Shown here one piece after another: positions 42,544 to 56,138 of a DNA stretch of 64,000 nt. Within the stretch, counting starts at the first letter, position 1. Each line of letters opens with the position of its first letter. A program made the translations under genes and the position numbers. Source of the stretch: the human T2T-CHM13v2.0 reference genome, Homo sapiens; NCBI RefSeq assembly GCF_009914755.1, contig NC_060926.1, one strand, 5' to 3'. A model generated the notes under the pieces. The model was not told where the DNA came from and did no database searches. It worked only from the letters and a program-made list of their open reading frames with translations.

Positions 42544-43887
42544 TAAAAATCACATTTCTTCTATTTCTACAAGAGAAATGTGTAAATTTGGTGCACCACC
42601 CCAAAAAATCAGTTCTCCAGATCCATGCATACTTTATTGCCACTTTCTCAGACCACTCTTCAGTTATTTAATTGTTACTGATTACTTCCTTTAAGATTTG
42701 CAATCATAGGACACATCTACAGATGAAGATGTTCTGGAAGCTCTATTGAGTCTTCCTGCCATTCCCATCCTTAAGGGTAGCTAGAAGGAGGAAGGAAGAG
42801 TCCACTTCTGTGCTTCTGAGAGGGGAAATAGCAGGTGGCATGGGGGCTCCTGCTCCTATACTACCTAGGTGATTCTCCATTGTCCTTTTCATGGTGGAGG
42901 AGGGCCATGTTCAATAAACAATTCATTCAACAAACGTTTGTTACAACCCTATTCCATGCTAGACGGTACCTAGGCACTGGGTATATGAATGAGTATCACA
43001 GGCAAGTAAAAGGTTTAAAGAATTTAGCTGAAGAATACTACTATAAATATGCAATTTTTTAAACTTTGAAGAACCTATTATAGAGCCTAAAACATTGTAG
43101 CTCCTCAATGAGTATTTGTTAAGTGAATGAATGAATGAACAAATGAATTTCTATTGTAACTAGTGGGGAATGGCTTTCTTCAGCCTCTGGGCAAATACTG
43201 CCTACTTGATAATAACAGTGACGTTACTCTACGAGGGCTAAGCTGACTCACACTGATGTGTTTCTACATGCGTGTTGTGTTTGCAAGTCTTCATCTCTGT
43301 CAGTGAAACATCTTTTCAAAGAACATTAACATTTTCCTATTTCAACCTGTACCACACTGACACAGTTCAGGCCCTGATCTATACTCTATCCATATCTGAG
43401 TATGTCATTTCCTCATTAGTCTGTCCTGCATCCCACCATCACCATCACACCAGCCCCATAACATTAAGGGTAGAGTCCAAAGGTTAGCAAGACTTAAAGG
43501 GTCTATTGTGAGGGGGCTGCTGAGTATCCCTCAAATCTCATTTCTTGCCTCCTCACAATCATACTATACTTCCTATCAATTATTAGTTCTTAGAGACAAT
43601 TAAAAATGCTCTCATTTCTTTGTGTCTTTGCACAGGCTGTTTCCTTTTTTTCCTGGATAACACCCACTGGTCTTTGAGGATTCAACTCAGGCGTCCTCCC
43701 ACTCAGGAAGCTTTTCTAGAAAAACCCAGACTGACTTGGATGCCTCTTCTAAGGCTCCCAAAGCATTCTGCCGCTGAAATTGTCAGCTTTTAAAAATATA
43801 TATCTCACCAATTACACCAGCTGCTCGAGGGCAGGAACTGTACCTTAATCTCTGTTGTACCTCTAATATCCATCCTAGGGTCTGGAA

Positions 43888-43889
<2 letters not shown>

Positions 43890-43928
<39 letters not shown>

Positions 43929-43947
43929 TGTGTGTATGTGTGTATGT
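43890..43947. repeat. (TG)n microsatellite
   Basis: Direct reading. Confidence 0.95.
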
Positions 43948-46257
43948 AGCCACAAACATATATAGAAGAGAGAAAGACAAAGAAAACAAAAAGCACCTGG
44001 CTCCGGAATCTTTGCCTCTCAGAGGTAGCTGGCAAGCAGACAGGAAATGGCCAATGTTGACTGAGTTCTCTCTCTCTCTCTAAAGACTGGAAATAAGCCA
44101 AAGGAACAGAATATTCTAGCACTTAGAGGAACATTGCAGTCTAAGAAAGAAAAAAAATCCGGCATTTTAAAAAGGCATAAACCTTTGGAGAGTCACAGAG
44201 ATAGAGAGGTACAAATTAACAGCTTGCAAATTGCATTATTATTATTATGTTACTGGGATTTTAGGAGATACTTGATGATGCAATCTTTTGGCATTATTTC
44301 TATGTTTGGGGAATATGGATCTGTAGGAAACACAGACTATCAGTGGAGTCTACCTGCAGCATTATTAAGAGATAAATATTTCAGAGCCTCTGGCACCCTC
44401 TGGCTACATCCTTTCTCCTCACCTAGCAGGTTCGTCTGGGGCAACAGGTCACATGTAACCAGAGTTCCTGCCCTGGTCACCCCGTAGTCAAGTGGTGCTT
44501 CACTGATGAAGTGCCACCATCATCCTGATCCCCTGACCCTCTCTGTGCATAAGGCAACTTGTATGTTCAGGCTCACTCCTCATGGACCCTGCTCTTTAAA
44601 GGGAAAGGGAACATTCATTGAACACTTTCCATGTGACGTTCTCATCCGACTTGCAGTTTCAGAAAAATATGGCCATTTTATAATGGTCAAATTTAGACTC
44701 TGGAAGATGAATAAACTGCCCATGATCACAAGGTTAGTAAATGGTAAAGCCAGATTCAAATCCCAGACAGCCTAATTCTAAGGACTGAGTTCCTTCTGTT
44801 ACAATGAGCTAGTCATGCTGAGGTAGACTTAAAGTGTCTCTTTCCCCAGTTAAAAATGTATACTTTAACTGGGACCTTTGGTTCCTTACCCCAAAAATGT
44901 GCCCACCAAGGCCACACCAGGTATCATAGCAAAATTGGCAGATGGGAGGATACTGGCCATGAGTGTCTTACAGCTCCCCTTCAGATTACATCTGTCTGGG
45001 TACCGTGGACTCTTGAGAATTGTTCTAACAATCACTGTACCAAGGTATTTTTTTTTAATTGCTCAGCATGTACAATCTAAAGCAAAATTATATGGAAGTT
45101 CATAGTGAAGTAAAATAAAACACCTCATCTATCCACAAAACTGCCTTTGTATTTATAATTTCATCAGGAAGGGCAAACTTATAGAAAGATAATGGCACCA
45201 TTTATTCTCAAAAGCAGGTTTATACCTGTAACTACATATGAGTTAAGGTTAAACACTGTAATCTCTTTTCATGCATTTTTAAAATTTTAATTTGTGTTTG
45301 AAATATTTAGATGGCTTCTTTGTACCCATGAATAAATAATCCTATATATGCTTTTTTGGCCCACTTAGCAGAGAATGACTGATCTATATTTTAATCCTTT
45401 CTCATAGAATCACTGAAATCACAGTTACCTAGGTTCTCAGGAGAGAAAATGTGGACTCTGCTTTTTGCATTCGCTTTTTCTCTTCTCTCCTGACTCTGGA
45501 CCTAGGAAGCAATAAAGGAGTGATCCTTCTGGAAGGGGAAGGGAACTTGGCACTGTGGAAGCTCCGGAAGTATCCAGAAGGATGATGTCATGTAACAGAA
45601 AGGCTGCTTCTGGGTCTCCTGTCTGCAATAGTCAGTTGCCACAAGGGGATTATCATGGAACATCCAAAGAAATATTACATACCTGCTTCCCCTAGGACTA
45701 GGTTCTAAACTGCCATAAAATTGCTTCCAGGATGCGTCTGTGGGAACCATGCTGAGGGCTTGGGTGGCTCATTATGATGGAGGCCTCAGAATGAACATGA
45801 AACAACAGTGAGATATGGAGAAAGGTATTAATTTGAGACCCACCATTAGCAATAAAATTGTTGAGAAAAACAGTCAGAGTTCAGTGTTGGAGCCAGGTTT
45901 ATTCTTGCACATGATTAGCTTAGTTAAACCACATCAGATGCCCTGAAGCCCGCCCCCGCCACTCTCACCACCTCACCTGAAACACAGAGTTTTGAGAATT
46001 AACAGCAATGAAAAAAATCACCTCATGAACATATTAAAGGGATTTTTGTTTTTTTCTAAGATTCTCTAAATGCTTTGACAAAATAAATCTAAAAAAATGT
46101 ACATAAACTGTACATTCAGGGAACCTGGATATATCAGAAGTATTCATGGTCATAGGCCTTACGATGTTCACCATTTTCACTTTTTGGATTGAGATTCTAG
46201 AGTCTGGCACACAAGAAGTGATTTGGGGGGTGGGAGGCACATTGCTGGCACTAGGGA

Positions 46258-46589
46258 TATATTAGCCCATTTTCACACTACTGATAAAGACATATCTGAG
46301 AATGGGTAATTTATAAAGGAAAAGAGGTTTAAGGGACTCACAGTTCCACGTGGCTGAGGAGGCCTCACAATCATGGCAGAAGGCAGAAGGCACTTGTTAC
46401 GTGGCAGCGACAAGAGAGAATGAAAGAGCCAAGCAAAAAGCAAAACCCCTTATAAAATTGTCATATCTCATAAGACTCATTCACTACCTCAAGAACAGTA
46501 TGGAGGAAATCACCCCCATTATTCAATTATCTCCACAAGTCCCTCCCACAACACGTGGGAATTATGGGAGCTACAATTCAAGATGAGAT
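46258..46589 (-). mobile_element. THE1 (THE1B-like) MaLR LTR, missing its first approx. 30 bp
   Basis: Antisense ...CTCATCTTGAATTGTAGCTCCCATAATTCCCACGTGTTGTGGGAGGGAC; ggaggcctcacaatcatggcagaagg motif. Confidence 0.9.
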
Positions 46590-47604
46590 GACCAATTCTC
46601 CACTAAATACTTTTTATCAAAGAAAAAAAAACTATATTAAAGCACTTAAGTCTAATGGTATTAAAGAACACTTTAAGAAAACAATACATGATTAGAAAAA
46701 CATACAAGGAAATACACTAGAACAGATTATTACTTTTCGCACTAATACTTGTCTGTTAAATAGAAAGCAACAGAAACGTATATAGAGATACGTAAGTGGC
46801 TTTAGTAGAGACCTGTGACCAAGAAAACAAAAAGTTAGACAAGGTCCTGAGGGAGTGTGTTCCACATAAGTGGGAATTATAATTAAAATTAACAATATGC
46901 TTGACAACATTGGTCTCAGGCTAATAATAGCTGGTATGTAAATAAAATAAATGTTATGGAAGCACACTGGCTTTGATAAAAATATATTTCATCTGCTATT
47001 TCTCTTTATCTTCACAAAAAAATCTCTCATGTGATATGCTAGGCAAAATACTATCTTTCAATTTTACAAATAAGAGTTATGAGGGACTGGAGGAAAAATT
47101 CAGAATGTATAATATTGTTACAGTAAGAATGCCTGCAGGATATCACACAGACAGTTATTATAGGACCTGGGACAAGATTCCAGGGCTCCTAATTCTCATT
47201 CCCTACTCCTTCCACCAGCCCAGTCCAGCTGCTCACACTTCTGTAGCTCAGCACCATCACAGGGCCCTGGGGACACATCCGTGAGATGAGACTGAATCGT
47301 GTTAAAGTAATGTTTGTGTGTAGAGACACTTGCACACTAAAATTGGATTTGACATGAAGCAGGGAGGGAATAATTGAAAGATGGATGAAGAATCATGATT
47401 AAATAAAATTCCTACAGGCCAGGACATGGACCAAGTTGAAAACACACTCCCTCTTAAAAGGGGTTCACCCACCTTGGATAGCTCAGATACTCCAGCTAGT
47501 GATCTGTAGTCATTCTTTCACATATGCTTTTCTTCAAAAATAGGTATTAAGTGGTTATTCTGTGACAGGTAGGTATTTGTGCTAGGTCCTAGAATTACAA
47601 TGGT

Positions 47605-48095
47605 GCATGAGTGAGCTATTGCTCCATAACGAGCCATTTTAAAACTTGGGGACTTAAAACAATAAGCATTTATTACTGATCTGAAGTCCACAGGTCATCT
47701 GGGTCAGTCTCTGATCTGAGCCAGCCTCACTCACTCATGTGTCTGGTCCACTGGCAGTTTGAATGGGAACCTAATTCACATGTCTGGCAGTTGGCTGAAT
47801 GTTGGCTAGAGCAATAGGATGACTAGACCATATACCTTTTGTTCTCCAACAAACAGTTGCAGGGGACCAGGGGAGCAAGTGGAAGCATGCAATGCTTCTT
47901 AAGGTCTAGTATCAGAAGTTGCACACTGTCATTTCCACTGAATTATTTAGCTGAAGCAAAGACAATTCAAGCTCAGAAATAAGAGATGAGATAATAGAAT
48001 CCACATCTTCACAAAGAAAGCTGAAAAGTTACACTGTAGGGCATGAGTGCAGGAAGCCATGAACAACTGGGCCATTTTTGTAATCAATCTACTGC
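47605..48095 (-). mobile_element. Old MLT1 (J/K-like) LTR
   Basis: gctattgct...ttaaaacaataagcatttatt start and gccatttttgtaatcaatctac end, typical of antisense old MLT1. Confidence 0.6.
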
Positions 48096-48919
48096 AAATG
48101 ATAAATCAGGCAGGCATTGACCCTACTTTATCAGAACACAAGAACTTTGTTGCTGCAACTTCTACCCATGAATTCTGGTTCATAGAAACAAAATCTAATT
48201 GCTTTCCACATGACCAGTTCTTCAAATGCTCGAAGTCATCTCTCATATTTCATGTGAGTTTTCCTTTAAGAATAATTATGTCAAGTTCCTTCCAACATTC
48301 ACGATACAATGTGTAAGATGGGACTGTGCTGTAGTAAGAATGTTTATCTCATATGGGTTCTGAAAACAAAGAGGGAGAAATTATGGCAAGGATATGTTGC
48401 GACTTGTTTCATCTTAGAATTATGCTCTCAAAGTAACACATAGCTGCCTGGCAGAACAGCTCTGGCACATACACATGCATGATTGTGCATTTTAAAATGA
48501 AAACTATTAATGTCAAATATGGGATGAAATTGAATAAACTGGAAATTCATTCAAATTGGAAATAAATTCAAAATGTATAATTGGAGTGGAAATTAATTTT
48601 TTAATAACATGGAGATGAAGTAACATCAAAAAAGAAGAGATTTTTTACAGGCACAAAAGCAAGGGAGGAGTACATGATATTAATCTAAGTTATCTTCTGT
48701 CCACAAGATTTAGGGAAAATGACTAAAACGTAAGAGGTTTGAGGTCATTCAAATAAAGAGCTGAACATTAGAATCAGAGTAAGTAAGAGTAGGAAAAAAA
48801 TAGGTTTAATGTGGGAGAAAATTAGTCAAATTTCTGTGGGGATTGTACCACCTATTAGTAGGAATAGTCAGAGATAATGGCATATAGTTTTTATCAACCA
48901 GGGAAAATTAATACCACCC

Positions 48920-49482
48920 TATTTTAAGTAATAGACAGCAATGAAACACTGAGTTTCCAGCATGACCAGAAAACCAATCACAAAATTCTCAAGTAGGAAG
49001 CCCTATGAGCCCCTTGAAATAAAAAACAGTCAAAAAGATACTTCCATGTCACAAATATAGATGATATTAAATTTGTTTCTCTGGTATCCATGGCATTATT
49101 TGGAGGAAAATTCATCCATAAAGCCAGATTGACTATCAGATTTAGTGTGGAAATACTTGAAGGATTTGAGTGTCTGCTCTTTGGAAGGGAATGAACAGTA
49201 GCCTATAAAGGGGTTTTGGTTTACAAGGAACTTTCTCTGAAAATGTTTTTGACTATAATAAACACTCCATCAACCAGTTCGATCACCCAATTTATTCATT
49301 AAGTTTGGCTCTGCCTGACTAATACAGATGTTTCCAAAACTCCAATTCAACTTAAAAAGACACAGAAATGGTACCACTGCTACCTCATCTTCAAAGACAA
49401 TTCCAAAAAAATTTTCAAGGCATTTTAAATAAAGCAGCATTAGAATAAGTGGGTGGCCTTCTCTAGCAATTACTTTGAAGGA
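48920..49482 (+). mobile_element. Decayed mariner transposase remnant (MARNA-like)
   Basis: Degenerate (G)DET-like motif near 48940 and C-terminal H*NKWVAFSSNYFEG, cf. mariner W.KC....GDYFEG. Confidence 0.6.
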
Positions 49483-49566
49483 AGTTTTGGATACAGCCTG
49501 GGCTGCTTTTCATCCAGCAGACACTGGAAGGCATGCCAGCCAGTGTTCTGATTTAAAAATTTAGAT

Positions 49567-49786
49567 TAAAGGTCAGGAAACCAGCACCCTTAGGCCAAAT
49601 CCACTTCTCAGCCTGTTTTTATGGATGAAGTTTGGAACACAGCCCTGCCCATTTGTTTATGTGTTGTCGATGGCAGCTGTTGCCTACAACGGCAGAGTTG
49701 AGTAGCTGAGATGGAGACCGTACAGCCTGCAGAGCCTAAATATATGTATTATCTGCTATTTTTCAGAAAAAGTTTGCCCACTCCTG
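49567..49786 (+). mobile_element. MER58A hAT-Charlie MITE
   Basis: ggaacacagcc...ggcagagttgagtag...aaaagtttgcccactcctg; 8-bp TSD ATTTAGAT/ATTTAGAC. Confidence 0.85.
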
Positions 49787-49909
49787 ATTTAGACTATCAC
49801 CAGTGTATGTACTTATTAAAATCATTTATTTTATTTTGTAATTAAGCTCTGCATTGTTATTATTTGTTGATTGGTTGGGTTATTTATTTGTCACATTTCA
49901 GTTTGTTTA

Positions 49910-50715
<806 letters not shown>

Positions 50716-51631
50716 CTTTGGTTTTCTAAAACTGAATTTGTTTATGAACAAACTTCAGAAAGCAAATGGAATCAAACAGGCCACTTTAATAAACACATGA
50801 AAAAAATCATAACCACCAAGAAAAAGGTAGGACTAAGCAGTGTCATAAGCGCTCCCCCTTTCATCTGGTCCTCACAATACATTTTAGGGTGAATGTGTAA
50901 CTGTTTAGGACTCTATTTTACAAATGAGAAAAGGGGGGCTCTAGAGAGTAAGGGGCTTGTTCAATATTCTTCAGCCAGGATGAGCAGACAGGCCTTCTGC
51001 CTTTCAGGCATCTGCATCCATTCTACCACTCCACAGTCTTCCTGTGTGTCTGTTCCCAGTCTGGCAGTTTGCTCAACTTCTTAAATGTGATACACATTAA
51101 TTTAGCACCTACAAGGTGCTAGGTACTGTGCCAGGCACTGAGGGCACAGATAGACATGGTCCCTACCTTCAAGTCATAAAATGATCTACTGGAAGTGAAT
51201 TACATCTTTATTATTCAGATAATTACTTAATTACCATGTGTTACATGCAATAAGATAAAAACATACAGTGTTTTTGGAGTGGGTAATATGATCAGTAACT
51301 CAAATGGTTAGGGAAAAGTGCTCTCTAAATTAAAAGGATGATATAAGAGGTAGACAGGCTGAGAGGAGGAAGGAGTAGAAATGGAGGCAGAGTAGGCAGG
51401 GCCTTGACTTCTGGGCAGAATGAATGTATTTGTGAAGTCCGTGAAATGATAAGGGTCTCTCAAAGCCCTGGAAGAGATGGTATAATGCAGCATCTGAAGG
51501 TAGACTCTGCAGCTAGGCTGGCTGGCTTGGAATCCTTGTTCTGCCCCCAACTAGCTGCCTGACCTTAAGCAGGTTATTTTATCTGTGCTGCAGTTGCCTC
51601 GGTGCAAAGGAAGAATGAGAAACATAACAGC

Positions 51632-51986
51632 GGTCTTGGTTCCTTGGGGCTGTGCTAACAAAATACCTCTAACTGGGTGGCTTATAAACAATAAAACTTT
51701 GTTTCTTGCAGTTCTGGTGGCTGGGAGGTCCAAGAGCTAGGCAGATTCAAAGTCTGGTGAGGGTCTGCTTTCTGGCTCTCAGGCAGTTCCTTCTCTCTGT
51801 GTCCTCACACTGTGGAAGGGGCTAACTAGCTCCCTGGGACCTCTTTTATAAGGACACTAATCTCAATCATGAGGCCTCCATCCTCACAACCTAATCACCT
51901 CCCAAATGCTCCACCTCCTAATACCATCACATTGGTGATTAGGTTTCAACATATCTGGGGGGAACACAAACTTTCAGATCATAGCA
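51632..51986 (-). mobile_element. MLT1A0-type LTR nested in a MIR (MIR about 51490-52060, +)
   Basis: Reverse complement begins TGCTATGATCTGAAAGTTTGTGTTCCCCC; flanks ACAGC/ACAAC. Confidence 0.85.
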
Positions 51987-53835
51987 ACAACCCTATAGGA
52001 GTTAATTAATATAAACTACTCAAGCAGGGCCTGGCACATATTCAGCAGTTAATATGTATTTGCTGAATCAAAGAAGGTGAATATACTGGGCAAAAGGAGA
52101 AGTTGGTGGTGGTTACGCTGTCATGTTTGGACTTTATCCTAGGAATAGTGGTAGACCTTGAAGGTGTTGCACAGGGGGTGACAGGATCAAAGGGGTTGGA
52201 AAAACAAATGCCTGAAATAGCAACAACAGCAAAGAGAGCACAAGGCGCTTGATCATCTGACAACCCTAATGTTTTGATCTGCTACAAACTTCTGAGGAAA
52301 AGAGCTACCATCAACTAAATAAACAAATGACTGGATTAAAAATGAATGTACCCATATAAGCACCATCTCTTTCTCCACAACTAAAGAATAATCAGCTATG
52401 AATTCAACATTCAAAGAAAGATTATTTAGATGCTGGAAAAGCATGATAATCAGAATGTGATGTTTCTGTGCTTGCAAATAGTTATCTGTCCATGTGCTCC
52501 AAACTCAGACTAGATCATAACCTCCTTTCAGGACACGGATTAAGTCTTACATGTCTTTAGATTCCCTGCCTTGCATCTTTGCTCAGAGTAGGCACTCAGG
52601 AAATTCTTGTTGCAGTGGGTTGAACAATTCTGTGACATTTGATCTCAGAACAGTCTCCATTCATGCTGCTCTGAGCCAGGAGAATAGCCTACACAACGCC
52701 CATCTGTGATCAAGGTGGAGGCCTTGGTTATTAACTCATTAATGATTGCACCAAATAACACGAATTTCCAACAAGAGCTGCTGGAAAATCTGGGGAGTTT
52801 ACAGGCTTGTAATATACTGTCACTACCTCACTACCACCTTATCTGGGAACCTTTAGAGAATCAGCCTTCCATTTGGTCGTGCTCCGGTATCTAGCATAAC
52901 TGCAAAATGGTGAGCACTTTCTTGATAAGCCCAATACTCTTCAATACCATCTAACAGTGTTGTTTTGGTCACTCACTTGGTCCCAGCCATCTTAATGCCA
53001 TTATGAGGTGAGACTTATAACCTACAGCTTGTTATCTGGTGACCTCCCAAAGAGCCACCAAAGAAACCATGGAAACGACTTCTCTCATGGGCCTCAAATA
53101 CAGGGAGCATTTCCTCTCCCTGACTAATATAGGACCAGATTCATTCTTCTTAAGGTCAGAGTCAACCTCCACCATCACTGCCTGGGTGACCTTGGCCAGG
53201 GGCATTACCTCTTTCTGCCTTGACTTCATCATCTCTAAAGCAGTGCTCATAACAAGACACAGCTCATAGGGCTGCGAAGGACAGAACAATATAAATTGCT
53301 TTGCCCAGTACCAAACACACAGGTAAGAATTCAATTAACTTAAGGGGCAAATACCTTCCCAGAATCTTTAAAGCAATGAAATCCAGCCCCAGTTTTATAC
53401 CATCCCAAATTCTGAAAAGAAACAGTGTTAATTCACTTTAATTTTAAAAGTGCCATACAGCACTTTTAAGAGGAGTGGGAGGGTGCCATGAAGTCAAAAG
53501 ATCTGGTGTTTGCAATTCCAAAAAGAGGTCAGGAATCATAGCCTAGGAGTGGACTATTTTGGTCTGGTCTCACTGCCCCAACCAGACACTGCAGAAATTG
53601 TCCTGCACCTCCTGGGTCACAGCAAATCTTGAAAGGGACCCATGGAAAAAGGGGCCTCTCTCAGGATACACAGCAAGGATATTACAGGAGATAGAATTCC
53701 AGAAAAGGACATGGAAGCTCTGGGACAAACTTTGCTCAGCAAAATCCCAAACTTAGTTTACACGTTTTCCAATGTAAATTTAATATACCTCTCAAAGGGA
53801 GATAAACATAACAAGTACATGCCCTAGTGGTGTAG

Positions 53836-54000
53836 TTCTTTTTCTCTTTCTTTCTCTCTCCTTCCTTCCTTTCTTCCTTTCTTTCTTCTTCTTTCCTTCC
53901 TTTCTTCCTTTCTTTCTCCTTCCTTCCTTCCTCCCTCCCTTCCTTCCTCCCTTCCTTCTCTCTCTCTCTTTCTTTCTTTCTTTCTCTCTCTCTATCTCTG
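53836..54000. repeat. Polypyrimidine (TTCC/TTTC/CT)n low-complexity tract
   Basis: Direct reading; explains the K/E/R-rich ORF 53736-54143. Confidence 0.95.
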
Positions 54001-54794
54001 TGTGGCTGTCTCTCTCTTAAGCAGTTCAGATTTAAGAATATAAGATGAATCCTTACTATGTACTTCAAATAAATGGCAATACATTCAGCTTTCTGAATCA
54101 CTGGCAGCAGACAAGCCCTGTAAAAGCTATCATATGAGAGCATTTACTTGCATTCAGTCTTTAATAAATTAAATATCCCTGTTTCTTATTCATAAAGGCA
54201 CAAATGTGGCCACTGACATATGGAACAATTATTGCCTTTTGATTACAGATAAATTTTCACTTCTGACAAGGCTAAGAACTTTTTAGCCTAGAAACCCAGA
54301 CTGCTTTATTCTTAATATTTTCTAGAAAAGGAAATTCTATCTTTCGTTAACTTTAAAGTCTGCACAGATTTATTCTTAATGATAAAGTATCCTCATCTGC
54401 TACATCAACCACCAGTGATTATTAGCATGGAGATATTGTTTTAAATCTAAACACACATAGTCACCAGCCATCCTTTCTGGATTGCTTAGAAATCAAATAA
54501 GAGATGAGCTAAGTGTAGAGGAGAAATTGGACACAAACCTGTCTTCCTTTGCCCCACCCATTTTCCAATTTCCTGGAAATGCAAATATTGACCTTGAGAA
54601 TTTCAAAGGTCTCTCACAATTTTGTACCTTTTTATATCAACAAATCAGTGTGGGCAAGCTCATAAAACTCTTGTCAGTATACTCAAAAGAGTTGAAAATA
54701 AACAAATGCGGTTATAGGTTAAAATAAGATTAGTGAAAGGGAAGGCTAACTGTTGTTATATCAAGTAGTGTTAAGCACAAACTGATCCCTTTTC

Positions 54795-54827
54795 TAGATA
54801 GATGATTGATAGATAATAAAAAGACAC

Positions 54828-54874
<47 letters not shown>
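54795..54874. repeat. (GATA)n tetranucleotide microsatellite
   Basis: About 11 perfect GATA units at about 54828-54874 plus an imperfect 5' part. Confidence 0.95.
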
Positions 54875-54876
<2 letters not shown>

Positions 54877-55837
54877 CATTACTATTATTTAGCCAGTGTG
54901 GGACATTGAGCCTGAAGATTCCTTTTCTATTCAAGGAAATAGATTCTCTTAGCCAGGTCTTCAATAAGGTAAGGGCATCACTCTCCACCCATCACTACAG
55001 GGCCCAGAACAACCCTGAATCTAATGGGAGCCTGGAATCAAAGGGACTTGCGAGTGGATTAGGTAGAAGTTCTGAGCTCCACAAAGGAAAATGTGTTCCC
55101 AACATTCAAATCACTGCCCTTTCTGGACTGCTCAGTGTCAGAATGTGAGGAGTCAGCTACTGGACACAGCCACCCTTTTACACATCTCCAAAGGCCCCAT
55201 ACTCATTGTAGTTTATATGTGCAGTGCCCAGCCTACACAGCAGGATACAACAGCCTTGGTCAGCAGTTCTGTCTGTCCAGGTAACACAGTGGCCAGGGTG
55301 AAGCTCTACAAATAGATTAGGCACTCCAGAAAAACACAGCCTTTTTAGCAAGGAAAGGAGCTAATTGGTCCAGTAAACACTCACCAAGCGCATTCATAGC
55401 CTGAGTAAGAGCTGAGACAAGAACTTGCTATGCAGGACTCTGAACACTTTTACAACTAATCTTCATATTGTCCAAGTAAGGTAAGAACTGAAGGACAATT
55501 TCCTGAGATTATCACCAGGCTCCCAGGCCCTTGTTCTAATTCTGATCTTAACAACCTGTGTGATTTAAGGCAAATCACTCAAAGTACATATGGTAAATCT
55601 CTCAACCATATCCCATTTATACCTACCTTGCTTAGATGAGGAAGTAAACATGCAAAGTTTTGAATGTTAAAAGTGCTAAACATATATTCACTATTATTGT
55701 TATTACAATGTTATCACGATGGGGCAGTGTTAGAGAGAACATGGAATTCTAATCACTCACCTCCTGGCCAATTTATTTAACTGTTCTTTGACTCAGTATC
55801 CCCTTTCCATAAAATGAGCATTAAAAAAACTACACTA

Positions 55838-56138
55838 GGCTGGGCGCAGGGGCTCACGCTTGTAATCCCAGCACTTTGGGAGGCCGAGGCGGGCAGATCA
55901 TGAGGTCAGGAAATCAAGACCATGGTGAAACCCCGTCTCTACTAAAAATACAAAAAAATTAGCCGGGCGTAGTGGCGGGCGCCTGTAGTCCCAGCTACTC
56001 AGAGAGGCTGAGACAGGAGAATGGCGTGAACCTGGGAGGCGGAGCTTGCAGTGAGCCAAGACTGCGCCACTGCACTCCAGCCTGGGCAACAGAGCAAGAC
56101 TCCATCTCAAAAAATAAATAAATAAATAAGTAAAAAAT
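55838..56138 (+). mobile_element. AluY SINE inserted in a MIR
   Basis: AluY diagnostics (gatcatgaggtcaggaaatc, gaatggcgtgaacc, ggagcttgcagtgagc); 15-bp TSD AAAAAAACTAC(A/T)CTA. Confidence 0.95.

Noticed and set aside
53736-54143. 135-aa K/E/R-rich ORF
   Set aside because: Translation of a polypyrimidine/purine microsatellite
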